Assembly: GCF_000143415.4 (NCBI RefSeq) | Contig: NW_003314262.1 | Location: forward strand, 4,102,021-4,166,020 | Length of the DNA: 64,000 nucleotides | Source: Selaginella moellendorffii | Taxonomy: Eukaryota; Plantae; Lycopodiophyta | Direction: 5' to 3' | In this document: piece after piece, positions 1-11,386 of the stretch | Layout of the letters: each line of letters begins with the position of its first letter | Position numbering within the stretch: position 1 is the stretch's first letter | Translations under genes and position numbers: made by a program | The notes under the pieces: model-generated | Database searches by the model: none | The model's input: the letters and a program-made list of their open reading frames with translations, nothing else | What the model was told of the DNA's origin: nothing

Positions 1-34
1 AAAAAGGAACTTTGTGGATGGAGGGATTGATTGC

Positions 35-302
35 CTGTCTGGAACACTCATTAAATTCCACTGTCACTCTGCCGCAAAGCTCCTTGTAAGCGAGCTCCGC
101 ATTAGAACGAAGATAATCTGCAAAACCCCTGGCCAGTAGCTAGAGTGTCACTGCTCGGACGAAATCGCAAGAATTTCCACCGATCAACTACGATCGAGAC
201 GGCGCAAGCAAAGATATAGCATTACCTCTGGAGCTCCGTGTAGATCGTTGCTCGCCGCTCCTGGAACTCGAGAAACCGGCGAAGGAGCTCCTTCTCCGCC
301 AT
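35..302 (-). CDS. REX1B: REX1-B domain (DNA repair REX1-B / C19orf60-like) protein, first two exons; gene continues beyond window start
   Basis: Hand translation: exon 302-226 MAEKELLRRFLEFQERRATIYTELQR, GT-AG intron, exon 128-35 GFADYLRSNAELAYKELCGRVTVEFNECSRQ. Resembles plant REX1-B proteins (FLE.Q.RRA..Y..L..GF...LC..IT.EFN.CS.Q). The second donor is GC. Not in the ORF track. Confidence 0.8.
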
Positions 303-374
303 AGCCAATCGCGCTAGGGTTTATACTTGCGAGGGTTTTTTCTAATTTTCGCGCCAAAACGATTAGGGCAAGCT
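303..374. promoter_or_regulatory. 72-bp bidirectional promoter/5'UTR with telo-box and overlapping double E2F site
   Basis: Divergent ATGs at 302 (-) and 375 (+); TAGGGTTT at ~315-322; TTTCGCGCCAAA at 347-358. Confidence 0.65.
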
Positions 375-2677
375 ATGGCGGAGGAGAGCTCCGCTCCATC
401 TCCGGCGGCGAGACAACACAGGTTTGGAGTCTACCAGAATGCGGCGATCGCCTCGGCGCTGGATGCGCAAGGATCGAGGAGGAGCTCGCCGCCAGCGATT
501 ATCGCGCTTGTTTTCCTCGTTTCCACTTGGGGATTGCTCTCGATTTCTTACCGGTGAGTGGGCTCTAGGGTTCCTGGCTGGGTTCTAATGCTCACACTGT
601 TAGGAAGGAGACGATCAAAGACACAATGCGGCTTGTTGGGCTCACGTATCTCTTCGCAAGTAAGATCTTTCTATCTTTTCTATCTCCTTGGTACTGATGG
701 AACAAAAAACTAACGTAGAAACTACCGTGAGACTTTGCCAAGTCGTTCTTACGCTCGTCTTCCTCGGTGCATTGTCCGCGTTCTTGAAGGCCATTTTTTC
801 TTCCGAGGAAGGCTACTTCGTTTTCAAGTCATCTTCCCAGATTTCATCGCCACTGACACCACGGCAAGAGATGCTACTTGGAAGGCGAAGCTCAAGAACA
901 GCACTGCCGCCGCCAAAGACTGCCAAATCTCCGACCGCGGTTTCTCCAAGCACGATGTTCCCGATCCATCCTCCGCTGTTCAAAGGCGGAGTGAAAGGAA
1001 GTGGCCAAGCTCTCGGGGCTGCGTCTCCAGCAACACCAGTGCAAGTGAGTACATTTCCATACACACCATCGGTGGCTTCTTCTCCAGACTCGAGTTTTCT
1101 TCCGTGGACGCTCAAGTACAGGAACGATGAGATTCGGACTGAGGAGGAGCTTGAGAGTTTTCTCTCGGACGTGGGAACTAGAATGGTCGAGTCTTCAGGG
1201 AGAGCAGGCAGCACTCCACAGGGTGGTCCAGTTACGCCATCGCCAATACGAGTTCTAGGTGCCGGCTCCGGTCCAAACGTGATGAGCACTACACCTCGCT
1301 CTCCAGCAACTGCAGGGACACCGGTACGAGCCGTAAGGGTCTCGCCAAGTTCTCAAAAGTCGGGTGTTTCGCCAAAGAAGGCAGAAGGTGATCTTCCTGC
1401 TCCTTTCACAATCGAGCAGGCAACAGATGGCTTTAAAAAGCTGGGTTTGTGGCCTGATATCGAGCAGTGGAGAGACGGTCTCAGACAATGGATTTCGGAC
1501 GTTCTGCTTGCGCCACTGCTCTACAAGATCGACAGGAGCCATCTACAGGTAGCGAGCAGTATTGGTTTTCATGGCATGACAATGCTTTTATGACGTTACA
1601 GGTTATGGAGACAGCGGCGACACTTAGTTTTTCCTTGGCAATCAGTCCGATCGAGGGTAAACGCAATAGCAACAGCAGTCCTGGAATGGATGGGAGTGCA
1701 CAGGAATGGCTCACGACATTTGCTCCAGACGAGGACGCGCTTATTCATCAGTTTCGTGCATATCTGCTAAACGCTAAAAGCTCCACGCCGAGTAAGTTTT
1801 TGAGTTGACGAAGGCTGAACGTCTCTCTAACAATGCTCGTGTCACGCAGCACCATCTATTTTCGGGTTGAAGGTTCCGAACGAACAGGATGTGAATCCTT
1901 TACTGCAAGCGTGCCTCGATGCCGTCACTGAGCATCAACGATTGCGTGCTCTTGTAAAAGGCGAATGGGTGAAAGGACTTCTCCCCCAGAGCAGTGTGAG
2001 ATCAGATTATACGGTCCAACGTCTGCGAGGTACTCGCTTCTCTTTCTGTTTTTTTTTTCTTTCTTCAGTTTTGACGAATGCGTGAAATATGTTCATCTTC
2101 CAGAGCTAGCCGAAGGCACTTGTGTCAGGAAGTACGAGTTTGCTGGAACGGGCGAAGTTTACGACAAGTCCACGAAGCGCTGGAGCTTGGAACTTCCAAC
2201 AGACGCTCACCTCTTGGTCTACCTTTTCTGTGCGCTGCTGGAACACCCACAGTGGATGCTGCACGTCGATCCAACATCTCACCCGAGCACTCAGTCAGGC
2301 AACAATCCACTCTTTGTCGCCAGCCTTCCACAAAAGGAGCGGTTTCCAGACAAGTATGTGGCAGTCTTATCAAGCGCTCCTCCAGTGTTACATGCTGGTG
2401 CGTGTATTCTAGCCGTCGGCAAGCAAAGTCCTCCCGTGTTTGCTCTCTACTGGGACAAGAAGCTGCAATTCTCGCTTCAGGTAAACAAGCTCTCTTCCAT
2501 TTTTATCGCTTCTCTGAAAGAGTGTTTCTCCAGGGACGAACCGCACTGTGGGACGCGATTTTGCTCCTTTGTCATAGGATCAAAGTCGCGCATGGTGGGA
2601 TTGTTAGAGGCATCAATCTTGGCGGCCAGGCTTTTAATCTTCTGTCGCTACTGGAACAGCCTTGTGGCGAGAATTAG
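375..2677 (+). CDS. PNET1: TMEM209/PNET1-like nuclear-envelope transmembrane protein (CytochromB561_N family, At1g07970-like), multi-exon
   Basis: Two N-terminal TM segments, an SP/TP-rich linker, and the motifs IEQWRDGLRQW, KGEWVKGLLPQSSVRSDYTVQR, LPTDAHLLVYLFCA and LQFSLQGRTALWDAILLLCHRIK..GGIVRGINLG. Short GT-AG introns join the ORF pieces. Confidence 0.85.
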
Positions 2678-3244
2678 CGAAAGAGTCATCTTCACTATAC
2701 TTATTTTATACGATTTAATTTTACATGGAATTGAATCTAATTTTAATGTTCACATCCTTCTACAAATTATTAACTTGACAAAAATGTAAGAATAAATAAT
2801 ATAATTTGTTTTAAATTTCATATTATTTTGAAAAGTGAAAAATAATTTACTATGCTACTTTACAAAATAAAATATATAAGTAATAAAAGGAAACGGCTTG
2901 AAATAAATTTTTTAAATTAATTAAGTTTGTAAAAGTTTAATTAAGAGTTTGTTCATATTTAGTAACAAATAGGTATTAAGTTTAACTAGATTAATTAGTT
3001 AATAACATATTAAAATTAACATTTAACAGTTTATAATAACCTAAACTTAAAGGATCTAGAGTTAAGAAAGATTGTTTTTTGAAAAACTGTTGTTTTTATC
3101 TTTCATTTAAAAAGGTGTAAAATTTATAAAAAAATATAATGACTAGAACTTTTTTAAATTTAGTTAAAAATTGTATGATACATAAAGTTTTTTTTATAAT
3201 TTAAGTAAGGTGTCCTCTCAAAAATATATATTGTAAGTTCTGAT

Positions 3245-5680
3245 TATATTGCTATAATGTTGTATACTAATATTAATGACCATACACTAAAATTAGCATA
3301 ATGGGATTTTGATAGCTGTTATATTGATTCAATTCATACCTCTTGCTCTTGTATATAAGCTATGGTTTTTGGGTTAATTAATGTACACATTTTTGTATTC
3401 CATTTCCATATTTTATCCATCACATAAAGCAGCTTTAATTATTCCTAAGAAATGCTTGGATTTAATCTTTTGGTTTAGATTTAACTTTTGCATTATCTAA
3501 ATCATACTTCCCTTGTAATTTTTCCATTTTCTTCTCTTTTAATATTCTTTTTTTATTCATCTTCATAGCAAAATAGTAACCTCCTCCTCTTTTGACTTTG
3601 AAGTAGTAGTTGGTGCAATTGTTTGATATTATGTAGATAGAATTAAACAATTAAACTTAGTTGATAATAATATTTATGGCATGTGGTACAACTCCTTCTA
3701 TTTTTATTGCTAATCCTTGTGTTTATCCAAAATAAGAATCCTAGGGATGATATGTACCATTGATTTGATCACTTTACAATAATTATCACATATCATTTTT
3801 AGGATGATGTTTGGCATTTATATGAGTTTCTCACATATCTCCAAGTGGCATTGCAGTGGTACAATAGTTTGAGTGTAGCCACTCATGCAGGTTAGAATAT
3901 TCTCCCAGACATCTTCAAGCATACATTTGGACATGTTTTCAATTGTGATGATGCTTTTTAACAATCATATCATCTTCATCAAGGGCCAATTAAATTAGTG
4001 ATGCAATTTGGTATTTGCTTCTAAAGCTCTTTCTTCATGTAAAGCCAAATATATTGGAGCGAATCAAGTTGAGAATGTTGTAGCTAGCACTTTGTCAAAA
4101 TTTTGTGGACTTTATGCATGCACTTGCTTTAGCCACCTTTGATGATATTTTTCGATTAGCACAATACTATGAAGCATTGCTTTTTTCACTTTTTATTACA
4201 TATCTTTCAGCTCCACTTTCTATGGGAGATGGTCTTGTTTTGATGGAGGTCGATGTTGTTGCTGTTTGTGTTCAAGGACAAACACAAAGATATGGTCATA
4301 GCCGTGATGTGCACTACTAAACGTGTAATGAAGTTAGTCACACGTATCAGCATTGTTGGTATTTTCCAGATTGACATCCTCCATTTCCTGGGTGGAGGCT
4401 TTTGCGTCAACAATTTTTTATTTGTGTTGTTACTGTGGAAAGTTTTGACATAGAGATTCTTTCGGGAAATAAACAATTATGTGAATAGTGGGGGATCCTT
4501 GCACATATAAATCAATAACCCTTCCATCCTTCTTTTGGGAGTACTATTAAAGGGTTCACTTGGCACAAGTTCATTTAATGTTGATAATAATGCCATTCAA
4601 TTTGAACAATGCTTTAATGACTTTCTAGTAGATGATGGATGAGGTTTTCTATGATATGCTAGAGATAACTATTGTGTTTAATGTGTTTACAACTATTGTT
4701 AGATACTTCTTCCTCAATTAAATGGTGTTCTAACATTTCTATTTAGAGTGGATTCTCTCAGATAATGGTCTCGCATTTATAGATAAGGCATTTCACATTT
4801 TAACATCTTGGCTAGGGATATATCACACTTTTACAAGTGTTTATCATCCACATATAGATGGTTTGATAAAATGGCTTGTTCAAAGGGATGATCGTGAAGT
4901 ATATGAACTTTTAGCATTTGGATTAAGATGGTTATTTGCCATTTTTTTAGTATATATATATCATAGAGGTACAGAGTTTTGTTAGTGCTTTTTTATATAA
5001 ACTCTTATATGGTCATGATCCGATATTACCAATAGAGTTGAATTTACCTTTGTGATTGCTACAAGCTACCAATGCTAAATCTTAAGATCAGTATTTTATG
5101 AATATTTTTCCACTTGTCTAAGTGGAGTCTATTGAACACTTGAGTTGTATACAAGTGGGACAATAAAAACATTATAACTCCTATCATTGTCCACCTATGG
5201 AGTATAAAATAAATGTCTTGGTGTTAGTGTGTTTTTTTAACCTTATAATACGTAATTTGTTTAAGGGGCTCTTTGTTCAATGGAAGGGACTGTATTGGAT
5301 GTTATGGCAAGTTGAACTGCAAGTTTATGAAGTTCAGTATAATATTCAACATGTCAATCCTCCAGACATTATCACTTTGTACAAAAGGATTAGGAATAAC
5401 TAGCATTAGCTATAAATCCACCAGTGCCTTTTCCTAATGTTCCTCTAGATCCTACTGTATTAACCAAAGAATGTTGGCTACCTTGTATCCTTTCAAAAAG
5501 ACCAAATGATATGAGATCCAAATGTACAACTGTGATGTTATACACTAATATTAATAGTTGTAAATTAATATTAGTTTTATGGAATTTTAATAGCTATCGA
5601 ATTGGTTTCAATCTAAACCACTTACTCGTATAGCTAATAAATATGTTTATTTCTGTATTCCATTTCCATATTCCATGTGC
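3245..5680 (+). mobile_element. Heavily mutated, internally deleted copy of the adjacent Ty3/gypsy element (LTR-gag-RT fragment-integrase fragment-LTR)
   Basis: Colinear with 5973-11561: LTR-like at ~3250-3425 and ~5510-5680; gag relic 3640-4480; RT piece 4590-4680 (matches 8380-8465); integrase piece 4740-5390. Boundaries are approximate. Confidence 0.85.
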
Positions 5681-5972
5681 TTAAAATATAAAATATATTA
5701 TGCAAATAAATTTTTTAATCTTCAAAATAATTATTGTTATTACAAATGAATATAGAATCAATCTATAAAGAAATATAAAAAAATCAATATATGAAAAATA
5801 TAAAATTTGATAAGATGATTAAATGTTATTTTCATAAAAATTCTTAAATGCATATGCCTAATTTACTTAGTTTGTTTGATTTGAAACATTGACCAAAACA
5901 TAACAGAAATCAGATATAAAGCACACCAAGTTTACTATCTCCTATATTAAGTATAAATAATAAAATACAAAT

Positions 5973-6147
5973 TGTGAGGGCCAAGTGTACGGCTACAATG
6001 CCGTATACTAATATTAGCATAGTGGGATTTTGGTAGCCGTCGGATTAATTTCAATCTGGACCACTCGCTCTTGTATATAAGCTAGGGTTTTTGGGCTAAT
6101 TGAAATGCACATTTCTGTATTCCCTTTCCATATTCCATGCACTCACA
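5973..6147 (+). repeat. 5' LTR of gypsy element
   Basis: TGTGAG...CTCACA; direct repeat of 11387-11561. Confidence 0.95.
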
Positions 6148-6380
6148 TTGGTGGAGGTGAGGGGCACCTTTGATTGTCCCTGAGGAGTGCTTGGATTTAG
6201 GATTTTGGTTTAAATCTAGCTTTTGCATTGTCTAGATCTAGCTTTTTCCATTTTCTTCTTTTTGTTCTTTCCTTTCAGGATTTTGGTTTAGATCTAGCTT
6301 TTTGCATTGTCTAGATCTACCATTTCCTTCTAGCCTTTTGTCATTTTTCTTCTTTTGCTCTTTCTTTTTCATTCGTCTCC

Positions 6381-7313
6381 ATGGCAGATCAGCAATCTCC
6401 TCCTTTGACTCTCGAGCAACAGTTGGTCCAATTGCTTGATGCTATACGCTTGCAATTGAACAACCAAACTCAATTGATGGCGGCATTCACGGCACGTGGT
6501 CCAACTCCTCCTGCTCTTGGTGCCAATCCTCGAGTTAGGCCAGAGTTCTTTCGTGGGAATCCCGGGGATGATGTGTACCATTGGTTCGATCACTTCACAG
6601 TGATTGCCACATATCATTCTTGGGATGATGCTCGACGTTTACGTGAGTTTCCCACGTGTCTCCAAGGGACGGCATTGCAGTGGTACAATGGATTGAGTGC
6701 AGCCACTCGTGAGGATTGGAGTGTTCTTCCGGGCGTCTTCAAACGCGCCTTCGGACATGCTGACGATTGTGATGATGCCTTCCAACAATTGCATCGTCTT
6801 CGCCAAGGGCCATCTGAGTTGGTGATGCAATTTGGCGTTCGTTTCCAAAGTCTTTTGCTTCGTGCGGAGCCCAATATGTCGGAGCGGATCAAGCTAGGAA
6901 TGTTGTGGCCAGCACTTCGTCAAGATCTTGTCGGCCTTGTGCATGCACTTGCTCCTGCCACCCTTGACGATGCTCTTCGCTTGGCACAACGTTATGAGAC
7001 ATCGCCTCTTCCACTTCTCGCTACACGTCCTTCCACTCCACTTTCTATGAGTGATGGTCCTCTTCCCATGGAGGTTGATGTTGCTGCTACTCGAGTCCAA
7101 GGACAAGGACAAGGATGTGGTCGTGGCCGTGATGTTTGTTGCTGGGCGTGTGATGAAGTTGGTCATACTTATCGGCGTTATCGGCGCTTTCCGGATTGGC
7201 AACCTCCATTTCCTGGGTGGAGACCTTGGCGTCAACAACGTCCCATTGGTGCTGCTGCAGTGGAAGGTTTGGACACCGAGATGAATCCGGGAAACGAGGA
7301 GTCGCGCGAGTAA
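6381..7313 (+). CDS. gag: Retrotransposon Gag
   Basis: Intact 310-aa ORF; L.G.A..W capsid motif, LRQG..E.V, PMEVD; degenerate Zn knuckle CWACDEVGHTYRRY. Confidence 0.9.
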   Translation: MADQQSPPLTLEQQLVQLLDAIRLQLNNQTQLMAAFTARGPTPPALGANPRVRPEFFRGNPGDDVYHWFDHFTVIATYHSWDDARRLREFPTCLQGTALQWYNGLSAATREDWSVLPGVFKRAFGHADDCDDAFQQLHRLRQGPSELVMQFGVRFQSLLLRAEPNMSERIKLGMLWPALRQDLVGLVHALAPATLDDALRLAQRYETSPLPLLATRPSTPLSMSDGPLPMEVDVAATRVQGQGQGCGRGRDVCCWACDEVGHTYRRYRRFPDWQPPFPGWRPWRQQRPIGAAAVEGLDTEMNPGNEESRE

Positions 7314-7352
7314 TGGAGGGACCTTGCGCGAATAAGTCAGTGACCCCTCCAT
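7289..7352 (+). promoter_or_regulatory. Predicted -1 programmed ribosomal frameshift signal (slippery heptamer plus H-type pseudoknot)
   Basis: G GGA AAC at 7289-7295 in gag register; 6-nt spacer; stem 1 7302-7310/7323-7331; stem 2 7313-7320/7345-7352; pol lies in the -1 frame. Confidence 0.8.
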
Positions 7353-9097
7353 CTTTTTTTTGGGAGTATCATCAAGGGGTTCACTCGGCACCAGTTCATC
7401 CAGTGTTTACTTTCCAAGCTCATCTTTATAACAAGAGGCCTCCTATTATTCTCTCTGTGTTGGTTGATACAGGTTCGAGTTTATCTTCTATTGCTCAACC
7501 TGTTGCCACACGTTGTCATCTACACTTGTGTCGTGTAGCGGAACCAGTTTTCATTCTTTATGGCAATGGCCGTACACATGCATGTGCACGGGATGAGGTA
7601 GACCTGGTTGTGCGTGTGGGCGATCTCGAGCTTGAGTTGCAGTCGTTGCGGGTGGTGCCGAGTCAAGCTTTTGACCTCATTCTTTGTATGGATTGGTTGC
7701 AGCGCAATCATGCCAAGTGTGACTTTGAGGCTTCTCCCCCTTGTCTCATACTTCCTTATGTTTCCTCCATTCCTCTCACATCCGTACCTCTTCGTCCCTC
7801 TACTTCCACCTCTGCTTCTATTACTTTTGTTCCCCCACTATTTCCTCCTGTGTTTCCATCTTGTTTTGCTCTTCCCTTTTCCGATCCCTCCGACGATCTT
7901 TGTGTTGTAGCAGTTGACAGGCTCATGAAGGAGTATTCTGATCTCTTTGACTTTGACCTATCGTCTGGAGCCAAGATTGCTACACGTCATCCGATTCCAA
8001 TTGGGGATGCTCGTCCAATCAAGGTTCCTATTCGTCGTCGGTCACCAAAGGAGATCAAGATTTTACGTGCAAATGTCCAGGAGATGTTGGAGAAGGGTGT
8101 TATTCGGAAGTCACGAAGTCCTTGGGCATGTGAACTTCATCTTGTGACGAAGCCTGATGGGAGTATTCGTTTCTGCATCGACTATCGTCCGTTAAACGAC
8201 GTAACGATCCCGGATGTGTACCCTCTTCCTCACACTGCTGATCTCTTGGATCGTCTGGGGCGAAGTCGTTGGTTCACCAAGATAGATCTTGCTTCAGGGT
8301 ACTAGCAAGTACCGATGGCCGAAGAAGATATTCCTAAGATTGTTTTTCGTACACCATTTGGTTTGTATGAGTTCTTGGTGATGCCATTTGGTTTGAACAA
8401 TGCTCCAGCAACTTTTCAATGGATGATGGATGAGGTTCTTTGCAATATGCCGGAGGTGACTGCTGACTTCATTGATGATGTCTTGATCCACTCGGAGGGG
8501 ACGTGGGAGGAGCATGTTCGTGATGTTTGTAAAGTGTTGGATCGGCTACGTGACGTTGGTTTAAAGCTGAAGCGGTCAAAGTGCGTGTTTGGATCCAAGG
8601 ACACAACTTATCTTGGGTACCGTATTTCTCGTGAGGGTTTGCAAGTTGATCCTGACAAACTTGTGGCTGTTCTAAAGTTCCCTACTCCGAAGTGTGTGAA
8701 TGATGTGCAGCGCTTCTTGGGCAAGGTGTAGTATCTCGGGCGTTTTGTGGATCATCTTTCTGATCGCATTGCACCATTGCGAGCGTTGCTGAAGTCATCA
8801 ACATCATCTTTCATCTGGTCTCCGGATTGTGAGTGAGCGTTTGGGGATCTGAAAAAGTTATTGACAACTCCTCCGGTTTTGGCATATCCTGACTACACTC
8901 GACCTTTTATTTTGCACGTGGATGCTTCTGACATTGGTCTTGGAGGTGTGTTAATGCAAGAGAACTCGAGTGTGCTGTAAGCAACCAAAGAGAACGACTC
9001 GAGAGACGGTCCATAGGGTTCAAATATAGAGGGAAAGGGCCCATGAATAAGAGTGCACCCCCTTTTCCAATCGGTTAAGGGTCTTGGGATATTTGGG

Positions 9098-9152
9098 GTT
9101 AAGCGTCCTTGGGTTTGAATAGTACTGGGCTGGGTGACCTCCCGGGAAGTCC
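9098..9152 (+). promoter_or_regulatory. 5S rRNA-derived Pol III internal control region (A-box/IE/C-box) in TRIM 5' LTR
   Basis: GTTAAGCGTCCTTGGGTTTGAATAGTACTGGGCTGGGTGACCTCCCGGGAAGTCC matches the 3' half of plant 5S rRNA (about 48 of 55 nt against the Arabidopsis sequence as recalled). Confidence 0.9.
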
Positions 9153-9475
9153 AAACTCAGGAGCTTACATTTGGTATCAGAGCGGTCTCGGGTCCGACTC
9201 TGTTGGTTGGCTAGGGGAATCCGACTCTGTTGGTTGGCTAGGGGAATCCCACCACATGTTGATTGACATCTGGCTGGTCCAGTTTGCTCCCGCTGGGCTC
9301 GGCTCTTAGCTTCCGTTCACGAGGGCGTGAACTTGCAGGGAAGCGTGGTGGATTGTAAGCAACCAAAGAGAACGACTCGAGAGACGGTCCATAGGGTTCA
9401 AATATAGAGGGAAAGGGCCCATGAATAAGAGTGCACCCCCTTTTCCAATCGGTTAAGGGTCTTGGGATATTTGGG

Positions 9476-9530
9476 GTTAAGCGTCCTTGGGTTTGAATAG
9501 TACTGGGCTGGGTGACCTCCCGGGAAGTCC
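9476..9530 (+). promoter_or_regulatory. 5S rRNA-derived internal control region in TRIM 3' LTR
   Basis: Identical to 9098-9152. Confidence 0.9.
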
Positions 9531-11386
9531 AAACTCAGGAGCTTACATGTGCCTAGTCAGCGTCATCCCATTACATATATAAGCCGTACATTACAACTAG
9601 CGGAGATGAATTACTCCACGACAGAGAAGGAGTGTTTAGCAGTAGTTTGGGGTTTCGAGAAACTTCATGCATATCTACATGGTTCTCGGACGTTACTTGA
9701 AGGTGACCATGCTGCTGTTACTTCATTATTAAAGCGAAAGAACATGGTTGGTCGTATTGCTCGATGGGATTTAAAGCTTCAGATATATGATTTTGATATT
9801 GTTCACCTCCCAGGGAGTTCTATGGCTGATGCTGATGCCCTTTCTTGAGCTCCTTTTCCTTCTTCATTCTCTTCTCATGTTTCTGACGAGCCTGTCGTTC
9901 CAGCATCTGTGGATTTTCTAGACGAGGATTCTGTGCCGTCGGCGGTTGCTATACTTGACGTTCAGTGTCCACAAGGTGCAGAGCAAGATCTACCTTCGCT
10001 TGATGAGGTTCGCGAGGCTCAAAAGATTGAGCCATGGATTCGAAGGCTTCGAGATGGGTTTGAGAATCCTGCAACACTTGCTGATGACTTGCCTTTCCGG
10101 CATTTACATTCTCAATATCGTCTTGAAGGTGGCCTTCTTTATTTTGTGGGGACAGATCCTGATGATCATTTACGGCTGGTGGTGCCTTCTATCTTTATTC
10201 CGCGGTTTCTCCATGCCTACCATGATTCTCCTGTTCTAGGTGGGCATATGGGACATCGTCATGTAATCGAGAAGCTACGCAAGTCTTTCTATTGGCCGGA
10301 GATGCGATGTGATATTATCCAGTATGTGCGTAGCTGCGTTTGGTGCCAAGCTTGTAATATTCCCCCTCGGACTGCAGAAGGACAGTTGGAGTCAATTGTA
10401 GTTTCCCGTCCGTTTGAATTAGTGGCGTTTGATCTTATGGGACCTTTTCCACGGTCAACTGCTAGCAATGAGTATGTTATTATTGCTTCTGACTATTTGA
10501 CTTGTTGGGTGGAAGTTGGTGCTCTTGCTAGTGCCTCTGCAATTGCTGTTGGATACTTCCTCCTCAATCGAGTGGTGTTCCAGCATTCTTGTCCAGAGCG
10601 GATTCTTTCGGATAATGGTCCCACTTTTATGGCTGAGGCGTTTCATGTTTTGACGTCTCGGTTGGGGATTCGCCACACTTTCACGAGTGCTTATCATCCA
10701 CAATCAGACGGTCTGGTGGAACGGCTCGTTCGGACGTTCAAGGGGATGATTGCGAAGTATGTGAACTTTCAGCATTCGGATTGGGATGGTTATTTGCCGT
10801 CTCTTCGGTATGCATATGTCACTGGGGTGCAGAGTTCTGTTGGTGCTTCACCATATAAACTCCTATATGGTCATGATCTAATATTACCAACGGAGCTGGG
10901 TTTACCTTCGCGATTGCCACGAGCTGCGGATGCTAGGTCATGGGATCAATATTTGATAAGCATTCTTCCACTTGTCCGAGCGGAGTCTGCCCAACACTTA
11001 GGCCACGTACAAGTGGGACAACAACGGCGCTACAACTCTCGTCATTGTCCACCTGCGGAGTACAAAGTGGATGATTTGGTGTTAGTCCGTTTTCCCCATC
11101 TTACAGTATGTGGTTTATCTAAGGGGCTCCTTGCACAGTAGAAAGGACCATATCGGGTGTTGCGGCAAGTTGGACCACAAGTTTATGAGGTTCGGCATGA
11201 CGTCCAACAGGCCGATCCTCCAGAGATTGTGCATGTGCAGCGGTTGAAACGCTTCATACAAAGGGATCAGGAGCAGTTAATACCATCTACAGATCCGCCG
11301 ATGCCTCCTCCTGATGTTCCTCCAGATCCCAGCCCGTCTACAAGAGAACCCTGATGGTCTTCCATTATCCTGAGAGGGGGGGATGA

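Larger units (their letters stand above)
8976..9547 (+). mobile_element. Cassandra-type TRIM (572 bp) nested in the gypsy RNase H region
   Basis: Identical 194-bp LTRs 8976-9169 and 9354-9547 (TGTAAG..CTTACA); 5-bp TSD TGTGC; tRNA-iMet PBS TGGTATCAGAGC at 9172-9183; purine-rich PPT at ~9337-9352; non-coding 184-bp interior; 5S rRNA-like segment in each LTR. Confidence 0.95.
7289..11354 (+). pseudogene. pol: Gypsy pol (protease, RT, RNase H, integrase) with in-frame stops and a nested insertion
   Basis: LVDTGS protease; RFCIDYRPLN, MPFGLNNAP and FIDD in RT; DAS/EKE/ADALS in RNase H; HHCC and D-D-E in integrase; stops ending at 8305, 8731, 8836, 9848 and 11141. Confidence 0.92.

Noticed and set aside
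9098-9152. Genuine 5S rRNA gene
   Set aside because: Only the internal-promoter half is present, with no 5S 5' end or T-run terminator, and it lies inside LTRs.
9109-9309. 66-aa ORF inside the TRIM
   Set aside because: Non-ATG start, spans the LTR/PBS junction, and the repeated peptide reflects the 27-bp DNA duplication.
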